From NCBI GenBank assembly GCA_046563655.1, contig CM102286.1, positions 2,170,001 through 2,234,000 of the forward strand: DNA of 64,000 nucleotides. Direction: 5' to 3'. The translations under genes were made by a program, and so were the position numbers. Positions within the stretch are counted from its first letter, which is position 1. Each line of letters starts with the position of its first letter. Source of the DNA: Yuukianura sp. NJ FZ-2021. Lineage: Eukaryota. The notes under the pieces are model-generated. The model had not been told where the DNA came from. It was given only the letters and a program-made list of their open reading frames with translations, and did not search any database. Shown here piece by piece: positions 24,691 to 38,533 of this stretch.

Positions 24691-25730
24691 TTTCAAAATT
24701 TGACACCTTTGGTACACTTGAATTCCAAAATTTGACGCTTTGGTACACTCGAATTTCAAAATTTCGAAAGAAATTTGGAATTTGGGAATGTTTCTGATAT
24801 GATTTTTGGAAAGTTTGAACTGGAAAAGCTGGGATGAAGGAAGAGGCTTAAATATTCGAAACAATTGATGACATTAAAATTTTGAATTGTTATTTTATTA
24901 GTCAACCCAATTCAGTGGAAAAGTTGTTAAAAATATTTCCTCAAGTCGTTAAAAGTTTTGTTTTGTGCACATGCGCAGACGTGAGGCCTCGACAAAAACA
25001 AAAGCAACAAGACCACGGTCACGCCAAATTCTTATACGCCATGTCACCTTAAACATAACAAATTTTAAAAAATACGTAGTTGTAAGTTACATAAGGAAAA
25101 CCATAGCAAAAATCATTGAAAATTAACACGTTTTAGTGCATTAGCTTTTTTTAAAAGCATTTTTTTAAATGAAATTCTCTATACAAAATGCAAACATAAA
25201 ATTTGTCTGAGAATGAGTCATGCGCCGTCTGATTCGAGAAAACAATTAGAGTTAACTTTTTTTAGCATTGTAGTACGGATTGCAGCTTTCTAAGATTTAG
25301 ATGAATCACACAAATTTTATTGACCAATAAAATTTTAGACTAACAACAAATCAAATTTTAATTCTCCAAGAAGAGGAAAACTGGAATAAGAAATTAGTCA
25401 TGCAGCAGTTGTTTTTTTCCACAGTGACGCTGGTGTTTTTTGTCTAAATTTTCAAGTTTAGAAAAAAGTGTGAATGACGCAAGAATTCTTACAAATTTTT
25501 GAATTTTAAGAATTTTTTTTATAAGTTTCAAGAAGATTGAGGATTTGATGAAGCTTCCAATTTTCCAAGAATCGACTGAATTTTGAGAGAAAAAAAATTG
25601 TATTTTTTAAACAAAGCCGAAAGTTTTTAAGTTTACGAGAATTTGGTTGAAAGGTAAGCTCAAATTCTGTTTTTTCAAATTCAAACTTTTTTTTAAATGT
25701 TTTTTTTTCTAAACTCGCCTACTTTTTTTT

Positions 25731-27293
25731 TCAATAAAAAACTGGAACTGAGCAAATTCCAATTTTATCGTAGGGTTTGCATCCATAGAAACAGCATTTC
25801 CGGGTCCCTTCACATTCAGTATCCAGGGTACACTGCGCAGCATCCGGTTGAAGTGCAATGCAAGTTTTGTTAGCCAACATAGTTATGTTTTCGCATTTTC
25901 CCGGTTTAACTTTCGGAACAAGCAGAGAGGAAGTGACCAATGACGGACGAGCAGTGGACATTTCATGTTCTTCGGTTTTGTTCTCAAACGTAGATTCATC
26001 ACGCCTATTTCCTGCAATTAAACTCCAATTAACTTAACAATTAATTCCAATTTGTACCTAAACTGTTCCAGGAAGAACAAAAAGTGACCTTGGACAGGCT
26101 GAGTTCCGTTTCGTGTCATGTTGGCATATGACATGCCAGTGTGATTTTGATTTTCAAGTTCCGTAGAAGTGACATTCATTGGATCTTCCGTCGTGGTCAT
26201 CGTGACGCCATGAGTCATGTTTTTTCTGGGAAAATTTCTCGATGAATTCGAAATTTGAACTTCGCCTTTTGTAATCAAACCGCCAGAACTTCCGAAATCT
26301 GTCCCCTTTTTCATTTCTAATGTCCGGAAGTTGTACGATTCCAACTTTGAATCTTCCCGCCGTCTTCGACGTTTCCCGCGTCCTCTGCCGCCACTTTTTG
26401 GCGGGAAAAATTCGTCAAGTAAATCCGGTTCTTGCTCTTCACAGCGTTCTGAATTACATAACAGAGGAAAATGAATTTTTGAATTTTCTTCAAAAATTTC
26501 AAAATCATGATTTAAAAATTTCATTTCTTTCGAAAAGTTTACTTGATTTTGAAGAACAACTTTCCACTGGCGGAGAGATGGTGGTTGATGTTGCGTTGTA
26601 GTCAGGCTGAGGTTCTTCCGATTCCGTAACATTTTTGAGTGTATGAGCCAACTTATTTAGAGCAATGCGCACTTGGATTAAAAAAAACGCAATTTTTAAA
26701 GAAAAATTGAAATTTTTAACTTATTGAACAAAAATGGTTTTCAAAATTTTGAAATTACCGGCAGTACCAATAGCCGCTTCCAGTTCTTTTCTGTCGCCAA
26801 AAAGTGACCTGTTTTGCCCTGCGTTCGGATCCTCCGTTTCGTCTGGAACGTCTTCGCCCGTTCCGCGCGAAGTTTTGGACGCGCCGGAACGGCGGACACG
26901 TATTAAGTCACCAACGTAATCAAGCGTACCGCTCACTGCTCCACCGACGGCACCCGTGATTCCGCCCAATCCGCCATTGATCGTACCGATCAACGTTCTG
27001 TTTGACTTTGCTTCATTTTGAAGTCGGACCAGAGGAACGATGACGGTGACATTGAAGCTGTCATTGACGGTGACATTGGCGTCGTCCTGGTCACCATCAT
27101 GGTGGCAACATATGTCGAAACAGTGGCAACAAACGTCTAAAGTTGAGTTGTCCACTGGACATGGTTCGGAGTCAGCAGCATGACAAATGTCATTGTAGTC
27201 CTCAGTTTTGTCGGCGCAATACTCTACGTCCTCGCCCAAGCTTGATTTGAGTAAAACGACGAAAAGTGTACTTAAAAGTAGGAATTTGTTCAT
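25731..27293 (-). CDS. Secreted 434-aa precursor with N-terminal Cys-rich acidic module, furin-type sites and C-terminal WAP (four-disulfide core) domain
   Basis: Exons 27293-26759, 26671-26543, 26448-26089 and 26011-25731 join in frame. Signal peptide present; RVRR and RGKRRRR sites. KPGKC..C..CTLDTECEGTRKCCFYGC..C is an 8-Cys WAP pattern. Confidence 0.8.
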
Positions 27294-28269
27294 GTCTTGA
27301 TGAACTTTTTCAAAACTTTGAATTTTCTAGCCAGCTGTTGCAACATGAAAGAAATATTAGTTTGTGTATACTTGGGTTTTATACAGCGGAAACAAAAAGT
27401 CAGTACGTTTTCGCTTGATAAATGCTGAAAAGCCATCATTTGTCACAGTTGATTGATTGGCACGAAACAATGTCAATCACGAAAGATTCACACTCTGCAG
27501 CATTTTTTAATTACAATATAGCAAAGCTATTACAATTTAAATTAAAAAAAAGTAAATTACAATTCAAGCGACAATTAGATTCAGAACTTTGAATTTTTGA
27601 TTACAATCTTCCGGGAATTGAATTCAAAACGAATGAAAAACAATTTACTCCATAAAATTATCTAAAAACGTGCGTCTTAAAAATTTTCGCTCTGCAAATG
27701 GTGTGAAACTTAAAAGGAAATTGACGTTAAGTAAGAACCATGTTGATCTAGACCTTGACATGAAATTTCTCATGTTCAACGTTTTCAATAATTGATTAAG
27801 TTCGTATTAAAAAGTATTTAATTACATCGCAGAGAGTTTATTTTTTTTTTGACAGAATTTCGTCTTCGTCTAGATAAGACGAATTTTAGTTTTGTCTTAG
27901 CGTGCCCCAGTTTTGAATTCAAAAAGTGGCGGGAATTTTTTCAATTGTTTAGTTCGATATTTATGTCACGTGTCAGTTCCCGGCTGATGTTTTTTTTTGT
28001 TGCTGTTTTTATTTTTCAGTTGTTTCGCGTGTCAACGTCAACTGTCAAGAACAGAGCCAATCTTGCTTCTCCATTCGAGGTTGACGTTCAATTTCTGTCA
28101 TTGGCAATCTCATTAATCTATTAACTGGTAAAGGATCACTTTGATTTTTATTCGTCAATGGGCACTTGGAATGGGAAAAGCACGAAAAGTGTTAGGATAC
28201 CATTTTGTCCTTGGATTATTGAATAGGTAACACCGGTTTTGCAGAGACGGAGGGCTTCTGTTGTCAAAC

Positions 28270-29213
28270 ATGGAAAGAAAATACTTTTGCATTCACTGTG
28301 GCCATCCTGCGGCAGCCATATTTAAAATTTATGGAAAACAGAACTTGGTGAAGCTGATCGAATGCGTAAGGATACAGTTAGTATCATAACTTCATACATC
28401 GAACGTTGCTCCTAATGTATGGAATTGTTGAGACAAGTGAATCAAAGCATTTGATTCCTTTGTATTTCAGGAGCAGTGCGGTCAATTGGTTGACAAGTTT
28501 GTCGAGTACGACCTCATCATTATCATTATCAACCTAATTCTCCAAGATGAGACAGCCTACCGGCATCTTCTGCTCAATTCAAAGTTAAGGGTACGTGTTG
28601 CTAAAGATCCAACAAGCAATACAATGTGAGAAACACATTTAACTCTGCCTTTGTCCTTTTCAGAACTACTGGAAGCTGGGACTCTTCTTTCTAATTATTC
28701 AGGCGTATTGCTTCTGGTGTTTTCACAAATCAGCAGAACTTCATTCCCAGAAAGAAACCTACTATCAGCTGGAAACAAACTTCTACCAGTCCCTGATCCG
28801 ATCTTTGGTCAATATATTGTCTCTCCATGGTCTTATTCTTCTGGCATCCCTAATGATGTTTTGTTTTCGACCCGTTGAATCCTATTCCACGTTTTCCTTG
28901 TGGAAAGGATTGATTATTGCTGGATACAGTGAACTCTTTGAACTGTGCCGACTCGTTTGGTCATATTCCATTGACAGTCCAAGGATGTATTTCCACCAGG
29001 GGCTTCTCATCATGTCATGTACGCTCTGTTTTAAAGGTAAGTCATTTTCAATTTTAGGTAAGTTAGCTTTCCACCACGTATAATCTTGTTAATTTTTTTT
29101 CAGTTGTTAACGGTGTCAACAAAGTTCAGGCCCTGTTTACCGTCATTCTATGCTGGATTATCCAAAAGTACATTATTTCGGTGTACGACGAAAACTTTCC
29201 AGTTACCACCTAA
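28270..29213 (+). CDS. ARV1: ARV1 family ER membrane protein
   Basis: Arv1 homology domain: CIHCG..LIEC/EQCGQLVDKFVEYDLIIIIINLIL..AYRHLLLN, followed by hydrophobic TM exons. Four exons, TAA at 29211-29213. Confidence 0.9.
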
Positions 29214-29953
29214 ATGAGAACTACGACTGGTTTACACTCCTCAACCTACCTAATAGTGGAAATCACTTGCATTCACTAGAAGTAGAAGTAAGTTACTTTT
29301 TACAGTAAATTATGCTAAATTAAAAACGACAATTCAAAAATTTTGTCTTTGTATTTTGTCAAATCATGCGGGTTGAAAACTCTTTTTAGCTAAAAAAAGA
29401 TTGATTTCCATACTATTCCATATGAAGACGATGAGAGAAAGGCGTTGAAATTTTTGCAAACGCCAACTCCGCTCCGCACCTTTCACCGCGGGAAGAACGA
29501 ACGAGACTTTGAAACTCGGCAAATGAAATCTAAATCATTTGTCATTTGAATTTCAATTTGTTGCTTCATGTGTAATGTTCATTTTTGAAATAAAATTTTG
29601 AATGTTGAGTGTTTTTTTAAAAGACAAAACACTCAACAAAACAAAATATTTATAAGTTTACATTTTCAAAACAACCACATCAGTCGACTCGACATGGCGT
29701 AGAGTAGGCGTCCAGGTCATTGACCTCCCGAGATCCAACTCCAGTATTTTTTCAATAACCGCAGTAATTAATCTACTTGTCGTGTCAGTATTCTTCTTGT
29801 TATTAAATTTTTGATCATCTACTCCCTTTGCACTCTCATCGACTTGAGTGTAAGAGTAAGAAAGAATAACAATCGTTAGTCCGTTTTTCACCTCCTATTT
29901 TAAAAGTTACCACTTGATTCGATTTGTCTAATTCGTTTTCATTGTTTTAGGAA

Positions 29954-32900
29954 ATGGAACCGTTGGATCTGCTTGCCGAACGGAGGGCGAGCCATGACTT
30001 TCGATGGGCCTCCAGAAGTTGGCCAGGCGTTCCTTACTTCGTGCGAGGTGAACTGAAAAGTCCAAAACAAATCGTTCAAGCGGTCATGGAAAATCAGGCA
30101 GTTCAAAAAGTTATTCGAGAGGTGAGGCTTGGTTGCTTTCAATAATTCAATCTAGCTAGAGTCATTTAGTCTAAGAATATTGAAAATTACAGCAAGCGAA
30201 AGAGAAGAAGGCAAAAGAAGAGGATATCTGTAAACAAGCGAAGGAGACTCTGCTGGAACTTGCCCACGATTATCACATGTACGTTTAGTTCTATTTGAAT
30301 GTAGAATTCTTGTAAACTCTTCATTTATTTGAATGCCAGGTACGCCATTCGGTGGTTTGCTGTCATGCTTTCAAAGTTAGCAAAACGTCTCTACAACAGT
30401 ATTCAAGTTGATGTGCAAAGGTTGAATGAAATCAAACGCGCCTACTCCAGTTATCCAGTATTACTGCTCCCTACCCACCGAAGTTACGTCGATTTCCTTT
30501 TGGTCTCTTACTTGTCTTTCTCCTTCGACTTAACATTGCCCATCATTGCTGCTGGAATGGGTAAGATCTTGTAAAACTTCTCAAAAATTATTCTTGTTAT
30601 GCTTGACCTGACGTTGGTTTTTCCAGACTTCAAAGGTATGATTGGCGTGGGTGAATTTCTGCGAAAGTCTGGAGCCTTTTACATCCGTCGTCGATTTGGC
30701 GGAGATCCACTGTATTGGGCTCTAATCAGCGAGTATGTGAAAACAGCTGTTCTGGAAGGCGGACATCCACTGGAAATGTTCGTCGAAGGAACCCGAAGTA
30801 GAACTGGGAAGTCACTCAAACCCAAAATCGGTCTTTTGTCAATAATTTTGGAACTCGTCAGTTCTGGTCAAATCCCTAACATTCTTATTCTGCCTATCAG
30901 CATGAGTTACGACCGTACCCTGGAGGAACGGCTGTACGCCCATGAACTTTTGGGGCAACCTAAGCCCAAGGAATCAACAAACGTAAGGACATGCAAATTT
31001 TTAAGCACCGATTAGCTTTCATTTACTTATGGAGTGATTAATTTTTGTTATACTTTGTATACAGGGCCTCATGAAAGCTCTAAAGTGGCTGGGAAGTCAA
31101 AGTTACGGCTCAGTCTACGTAAACTTCGGGAATTTAATTTCCGTCCGAGAAATGCTCGAAGCCAAGTCAAATCCTGTCACAAGTATTCGTGCCGAACAGT
31201 ATCTCAAAAGTGTTCAAGAAATTGCTCTCAAAGTAGTATTAGATCAACAAGCAAATCTAGTCGTACCGATCATCGGAGGGATTTCGTTAATTGTCATTTC
31301 AGAGGTAATCAGAACTTATCTCATTTAATCTTCTATTACTAATTTACTGTTGTTAGCCAACATTTTCTTGTTTCTGATTCCAGTTAGCAAGAAATGATGC
31401 ATTTGCAATGCCCTTGAAGTCTCTCGTTCAACGTCTCGAATTTCTTCAATTCTTGTTGAACTCAAGACATGCGCGATTCGGGTATCCACTTCTACGTGAA
31501 TCGCTGGAAACCAATGTCCGTTATATCATCAGCGTCCATCCATCTCTGCTCAGTATTACACCGGAAAGTCCCAGCGGTGACCTCGTCGTTGGAAAATTCG
31601 CGTCTGGAGATACAATTCAAATGATGGTGTTCCAACATTATACAAATCAAATCCTCAACAACATTTTTCCATTGTGTATCGTGGCTCTTCTGGATCAAGT
31701 TGACAACGTCGGAAGTCCTCTGGAAAATGCAAACAAAGACTCAAGTATTTCAAATTCTGCATTGGAAGTAGAAGGAAACTACATCTTTATGAGAGAAGTT
31801 TTTCAAGAGGATTTTCTGTACGAAACGAGTACAATTAGGCAGGTAATTGTGACTTTAGTTGTAGTACTTGCGTTATTTTACTGGTGGGAGAAACTTACCG
31901 TAAAACTTCTTATACACACCCGGGCGTCTTTTTATTTTTCGTGCCTCCAGTCCTGGCCTGTATTCCCGGAGAGTACTGGGGATTCGGCTTGTATTGGAGA
32001 CCCGACATGTATTGAGGAGGTATTTTATTAGAAGTTTTACGGTAATGGTTTGGTGGTTTGTTGTAATACAGCTGTGAAACTGTAGGTTTAATACTTTCCC
32101 ATGGTCATTTACATAGTAAATGTTGTTTAAAGCATCTGGATTGTCTGGAAAGCAGCAGAGAGGTTTTACAGCTCCGTCGCTTTGCCTCCTTTGTTTGTTG
32201 TGACATGATACTCTTGAGAAATCCCACACAGACACTTGTGGCTTGTTTCGACTCAAAATTCACACACACACTACACAAACCAAGCCGCTTTTAAGAGCAT
32301 ATGCTGTCAAAGTAACAACTTAACGAAAACTAGATACTAAAAACTTAGCGAAATCTAAAACAACTTTATGTCCACATGTCAACTTACTTTTGTGTTATTA
32401 GCTCTACTGTGTAAATGTTAATGAAGTAAATTGAATACATAATGATAAATTTTTCAACTTGAGTTTCAAAAACTGTTTGGTTTTGCTTTGCAGGAACTGG
32501 AGTGGGCATTGACCTTGTACAGTTCGTTGAAAGATGCTTCGAAATGTGAACGTGTTGGAAATACTTGTCGTGATGGAAGCTTCGAATCAAGTACTGCTGA
32601 ATATGGACACTTCTGTGAGCTACAAATCCTGCGCCGTGCTCTGGAACCTTACTTTATGTCGTACTGGGGAGTTGCAAAAAAGCTGGAAGAAGTAAAAACA
32701 TTCAAAATGTTAAAATATTCCAAATTCGGGCTTTCTGCGATGATTTCTAACATGAGGTTTCAATTTGTTTTGACTTTTTAGATAACTCGGATCAACCCGT
32801 CGACACGTTATGAAATGAAGGAATTTGGAATTTCATGTCAAAATTTTCTCACAGAGGAAATGAAGTCTGGAAAAATTATCAATGCCTATGGAGCTCTTTC

Positions 32901-32970
32901 GCTGGAATCAATTTCTAACGCACTTTCTTCATTTGTTCGATCTTCAGCTTTGGAACGAGTCAAAATGTAA
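29954..32970 (+). CDS. GNPAT: Dihydroxyacetone-phosphate acyltransferase (GPAT/DHAPAT family); 3' end uncertain
   Basis: Acyltransferase motifs PTHRSYVDF, SGAFYIRR, FVEGTRSRTGK and PISMSYDRTLEE, plus PKPKEST and YGSVYVNFG. The last traced exon (from 32782) runs into ATGTAAGT, which is either a stop at 32970 or a splice donor at 32967. Confidence 0.88.
31898..32042. mobile_element. MITE (CCGTAAAACTTCT family) in a GNPAT intron
   Basis: TA|CCGTAAAACTTCT ... AGAAGTTTTACGG|TA. A related copy lies at 39879-40063. Confidence 0.8.
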
Positions 32971-34139
32971 GTGTCTAAAAAGAACTAAAACTAAAAACTA
33001 AAAAAGTAAGGTGTAAGCATGCATGGCATGCATTGAGAGAGGCCACACGGTTTAAATTCATAATTTATGACGTTGGCTTGTTCAAAAGAACTCAAGAGTC
33101 TGACATAAGCATTTTTTGAATTTTGTTGTTTCATTTTTTTTTCTTTTTTGTACTAATATGTCTTCGTTTCGTGTCAAATTTTCTGGAATATCATTCCATA
33201 ATGTAAAGTCTAAAGAGGGTTTTGTTTTTTAACCAAGTGGATGTAAGATTAACAATTTTTTTTTAAAGTTTTTCTTTTGGTATTGCCTTTGATTGATAAA
33301 GTTGCGACAGTTTTAGTAGAAGAAGCTTTCTTCCATCCACTTTGGTTTTTCCATTCTTATCTTCCGCTCCTTGTTCTGAATGTTGCTCTCCAATTCTGTT
33401 TTTTGACTCTTTCTGACTCTGACTTTCTGACGTGTTGTGAATTTGAATCGTTTGTGATTTGGACTTTTTTCTTTTTGTTTCAAAGGGAAAACGGGTCTTT
33501 TGGAATTGTCGTGAGAGATTCCTGTCGGCTAGCTACAATTTCCAACCGCTTTGGTAAGTTCCAGTTTTACTTTTTATTTTTTACAGTCAGTAGAATGGTG
33601 ATAATGGATTAATCTTTTGGTGAGAGGCAGACTGTGTATTTAAAAGCGAATGGGGGGATATATGACGCATAATTAATGTTGTACTGTATACTAAGTAAAG
33701 TGATTCAAATGCATTTTAGTCTTAAGTTTGCTAAAGTACGACTAAATGTTAAGTTGTGGTTACCCCGAAGGGAGGTTATTCTTGAATATTGTCTGTTGCT
33801 TGACTTGAAGCTTTTTTGGACAGGAAATTGAGATAATATACTTGGACTTTGTTAAGCTCAAGCCCAAAAAGTTTAGTTTTCTTAATAGGTTGCATTTGAA
33901 CTGGACTTTTTTTGGTTGCTTAGTTTTAGTTGAAGGAAAAGTTAGTCCAAGAAAGCATAAACTGGAGTGATTTGTCTTTATTAGTGACCAAGGATTGAAG
34001 CTAAGAAGAGTTGCATCTTTCACCACCACTTCCAATTCCAAGTATATTTCTGTGGTTGACTTTCTACTTTTGTGGTTTTTTGTAACTTGTTCAGTGTTAT
34101 TATTAGTGTTACTCTGTTGGTTTTCGTAGAGCGCCAATT

Positions 34140-34530
34140 TATATCTCGCAGAAAAATATCTCGAGTGCAGCAGGTTTGAGATAGTTTTGTCAAAATATTT
34201 TGGCAAGAGATATTTTGGTGTGGAGATATTTGAGCCAGAGATATTTTGAGGGATATACTTTGGGCAGAGATATTTTGAGATACTTTGGCCAGAGATATTT
34301 TGAGGGAGATACTTTGGCAAGAGATAGTTTGATGGAGATATTTTGGCAAGTAGCAAGAGATATTTTAACAAGAAATATTTTTTGGAGAGCATTTTGGGAA
34401 TGGACCGTCTGTTTTTTGGTATTTTGATATTTTGATTAAAAATATTTTTTTTTGATATTTTAGTGTAATAGTTTGTGATATTTCGGTAGTATATTTGTTG
34501 ATATTTTGATATAATATTTTTTGATATTTT
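34140..34530. repeat. Minisatellite-like array of GAGATA(T/C)TTTG units decaying into GATATTTT
   Basis: Many imperfect 11-13 bp units (e.g. GGCAAGAGATATTTTGAGGGAGATACTTT). It explains the spurious ORFs 33760..34677 and 34020..34349. Confidence 0.8.
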
Positions 34531-36036
34531 GTCTAGTATATGTTTTGTTCTAATCAAAATCCAGAGATGTTTGTGTTTTATGTTAGTAACAGATTTTGGA
34601 ACCTTCTGTGCATCATTCAGTTGGTTGCAAATGTAATCTGAAGGGGAGTGTTTTCCCGGATCTTTTCGTTTCATCATAATTAAGCGAAGGGAGGAGTACC
34701 CAGCAGGGAGATGTTAGCTCCTGCCACGGTTTTTCTGGAAGATCCTCTGATTGAGTTTAAGCTTAAAAGGAAGCGAAGGCAACGTTCAAAAAAATCCTGT
34801 TTCAAGTCATGCAGGCACAAGGGAGGGAGGGGACTTAAAACTAACGAGAGAGTGAGTGAGTTGGATTGAAAATTTTGAACAAGGACTTTTCTAAAAGATT
34901 TTTTTTTATTTTGATTTTGATTTTAATAGAGTGGAAGTGGAGAGTGTTTTAGGAAGCTGTTGCTCGCTGGGAAGAAAAAATGAGGAAGCCATTCCCGTAT
35001 TTCATCTTTTTTTTTAAAGTTCGGATCATAAGATCAGCAGTAGCTAAATGGGAAACAGGCAGGCAGCGGGAAATTCCTGTTGATTTTTACAGTTTTCGAA
35101 AAAAAAAAATTATGTAATTCAAAAATTTTCGGTGGCAATTCTTGCAAAATTGAGGCATTTGCAACAGTTGAAATTTGCGAGGAAAATTGTTCTAGATTTT
35201 TTTTTTCATTTTATGTTTCTTTCTGATTTTGATTTTGAACTTCGTTTTCATTTTAAAAGTTCCACAGATTTTGACGATATTTTTTTTTACATTTTAAGTT
35301 TCTTTCAAATTTTGACCAGTTTTCGTTTTCATTTGGAGTTTCTCGCCGATTTTTCAAGTTTCTCAGTAAAATTGTATTTGTGCTGCTCGAATTTTGTGAG
35401 ATTTGGAAAAGTTAGGTCTTGAATTGTTAGATTTTTTGATGGAATGGCTTAAGAAAAGGCAACGTAAAGCAAGGCACGTCGCCTTCACTTCTACTTCTAT
35501 TTGCGTTTGGGGATGAATGGAAGGCTGGATGAAAGTTGGGTGATGCTGGATGCTGGTCTGAGACTACTGGGACTGATGTTGGTTTATGAATCGATAGAGA
35601 GATGAGCGTGGAAAGTTCTCCGGTGTTGAGGCTCTTCTGGATTCGTCTGGCGAAGGAGAGGGAGTGAATGGGAAGAGATCAGATTAGATGAGATTCTGTT
35701 CCAGAAGGGAAAAGATGCGATTCAGGCGTCAGCTAGGGTCCTTGGGACAACTTATACTACTTTTTTCGGAGCTTCGCTTAGGTTAGGCTAGGAAAAAACC
35801 GAATTTTTCGGACAGACTGAGACCCTAAAATGGCTTAAGGGTGATGCTGAATCTGAGAGGTTCACACTTGACTGGATTCCGCAGATGTGATCTCTGGTCA
35901 CTTATAAAAGTGAAAGTGCTTGAAAATTGGAATTTTTCAGCCAATTTGTTCAAAAAACTAAATTTTAATGGGATCTATTTTAGTTTTTTGGGTTTTAGAG
36001 TCCATTTGAGAAAAGTTTGCAGAGGACGATTGGATA

Positions 36037-36421
36037 CAGTAAAACCTCTCTAATAGCAACTCTGATTTTTCCGGCGTGATACCGTAAAAGTTAAGTTTTT
36101 GGAGGGACTTTCAACTTAAACGAATCAATTGCTTACGTTTGGGTGTTCCATACGCCTCTACCGCAATGTAATGACAGAGTTTACGGTATCAGGGCGCGTT
36201 ATTACAAGAATTTACGGTATCAGAGCCAGTTGCTATAAGAGCGTTTACGGTATCAGAGCGAGTTACTATAAGAGAGTTTACGGTATCAGAGCGTGTGGCT
36301 ATAAGACAGTTTACTATCAGCGCGAGTTGCTATTAGAGAGGTTTTTCTGTAAAGAGCGAGTTGCTTTGAGTAAGGTTTTTGCTATACCAAAATGAGTTGC
36401 TATAAGAGATGGTTTACTGTA
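36037..36421. mobile_element. CAGTAAAACCTCTC-type MITE with an internal/terminal ~33-bp tandem array
   Basis: TA|CAGTAAAACCTCTCTAATAGCAACTC (36037) ... GAGTTGCTATTAGAGAGGTTTTTCTG|TA (36349). Tandem units GTTTACGGTATCAGAGCGAGTTGCTATAAGAGA run from ~36175 to 36421. Confidence 0.75.
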
Positions 36422-38533
36422 TACTTTATGTTCAATGAGGCTAGAAATGGTTTGGATCCGGACATTCTGCAAACATTTGTAACTTTATCTTGGTTGACTT
36501 AATTTCAAACCAGGAAAATGTTAAGTCCTGTTGTAATCTGGGACTCTCCTTAGCAGTCTGAAGTGGATTTTGGAAGAAGAAAAAACAGTATTTGCGTAAC
36601 TGATATCTGCAGAAGAGATGAAGTTTAGGTTAGGTTTTAATAAGGAAAGGCTAAGAACTAGACTTTGGCTGAAACTTTAGGTTAGGCTTTGTTCAAAACT
36701 AAAATTGAGCCAAGGGCTGTTGGACTTTGGACTGTGTGAGGCATGTTTAACAGCCTAGGCTGTGACTTGCAAGTCTAAATAAGAGTTGTCTTGGCCAGGT
36801 TCTGGAAGAATGGAATTTGTTAAGGGCTCAAGTGATTCTGCTGCTGGAGACTCGAGCTCATCTTCACTTTTAAAAGGAGATGAGATCTCCTGTGTGAGAT
36901 TCTTGGGAGATGAGGAGACTTTAGTGTGAGATGTTATCCAAGAAGTAGGCTTGGTTCTGTACAGATGCCAGGGTTTGTACATGTACAAAGTGTACAGAGG
37001 AAGAATGAGTTTCATTTTCTGGTGAAAGGTGATGACCTCCCGTTTCTTTGGATTGGACCAACTGCCTCGTGAGGCTGGGACTACCTAAACCTAAGACGAG
37101 GCCAAATTAGCATTTTCTTAACAAAGAAATTGGAAAACCGAAACGTTTCTAGACGTGGAACAACAATCCTTAAGGTTCCTGGAGGGTTGAGCAGGATCCT
37201 TGGTTAAGGCTCGTCCAAGGGCCCCCTTTTTGTGAAGGTTCTGGAGGCCCTTGGTTAGCTTAAGTTATGTTTTTTGTTCACTTTAGTTATAAGATGGTCC
37301 TTAAGGGCTGGAAAGGTAGACATTTGTTGCTCGCTGTGCTCCAAAGTTATTGTTTGGGTTATGACCTTGTCTAACTTATAGACGAGAGACTTGACATGGA
37401 TTTTATCCCTTAAGGTTTAAATTGCTATACATTTTAAAGTTTTTAAAGTCTCAGGCCCCTTGGAAAGGTTAATGGAGGCGGGAAAAGGATGGTTTTTAAA
37501 GATTTTATTTGTTTGGGTACTTAATAAGTTGAAGTACCCACCCAAACTATGGTCAAGCCATGAATCAAATGAATCACGGTCATAGTATTTGAAAAAAAAA
37601 ACTGAAAAAAACGACCATTTCATTTAATTTTTGAAAATGCCGGGGAAATAATGAAAGGGTTAACGTGTTTTTTGGTTTGATTTTTATCAAAATCCGGTTC
37701 ATGGTTAAAGGGCCCTTCCAATTCCAAATTTTGGAATGTGCTGTAGGGTAGGTTCAAAATTTTGTGAAATGGTTCAAAATTTTGAGAAAGGTTCAAAAAT
37801 TTGAACAAAAAATGTTTCTAATGGCTTGGTTTTTGGCTGGCGCCAGAATTTGAGAATAGTTTTTGAATTTATTTTGAAAATTTTGGAAAGTCAACTTGGA
37901 TTTTGACCTGGACGGGAGTATTGTTTTGTAGGTACATGAATTTTTAAACTGTTGTAGACGGTGGATTTAACATAAGAAAGTGTCGGCGTAACTTTCAAGT
38001 TTCTTGCTTTAGTAAAAGTTTATGATTGTGTCGTTCCTGTACCGTGAAACCCCTTGAACGAAAACCTATTGTCCATTCTTCTACGAAAAAGCATTTGCAT
38101 TTTAGAGCCATTTTCTCTTGCACTGTGTTTTTTTGGAAGTGGATTTTAACATTGGGTTGTGAAACTTCTTTGTTTTTTTTTAAACTTGAGCCCAGTCGAT
38201 TGTTGAAAATTAACATTCTTGGAGGATGGATTTCCTTTGAGTGTTAGGTTTTTAGTACTGTTTATTCAGTTGGTTCAGACAGAGTTCAACAAATACTGGC
38301 AGTATTCGGTGATGCTTGGGAAAGAATAAGGGTTAAGAGCCTATTGTTAAGCTTAAAGTAATTGTTAAGTCTAAAAATATTTAAGTTTAGGCTAATTTGA
38401 TAATGCCTGGACGTGTCTTGTGTTAATTACCTTCAGTTGGAAAGAGTTATGCTCAAAAATAATATGTTCCTTACACATCTCGCGGGAAGATTTGAAAAAA
38501 ATTGAAACATGAAGATACGTGGTACAAGAAAAA

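Noticed and set aside
15090..32970. MVD, ARV1 and GNPAT as a lipid-metabolism gene cluster (or parkin, BolA1 and TIGAR as a mitochondrial cluster)
   Set aside because: Different pathways, mixed strands and unrelated intervening genes. No evidence beyond proximity in a compact genome.
33760..34677. 305-aa minus-strand ORF and overlapping ORFs
   Set aside because: The frame runs through the GAGATATTTTG minisatellite, and the translation is repetitive K/I/N/Y with no domain.
36755..37015. Ser/Glu-rich minus-strand ORF that looks somewhat exon-like
   Set aside because: No recognisable motif and no partner exons could be linked; unsupported without RNA data.
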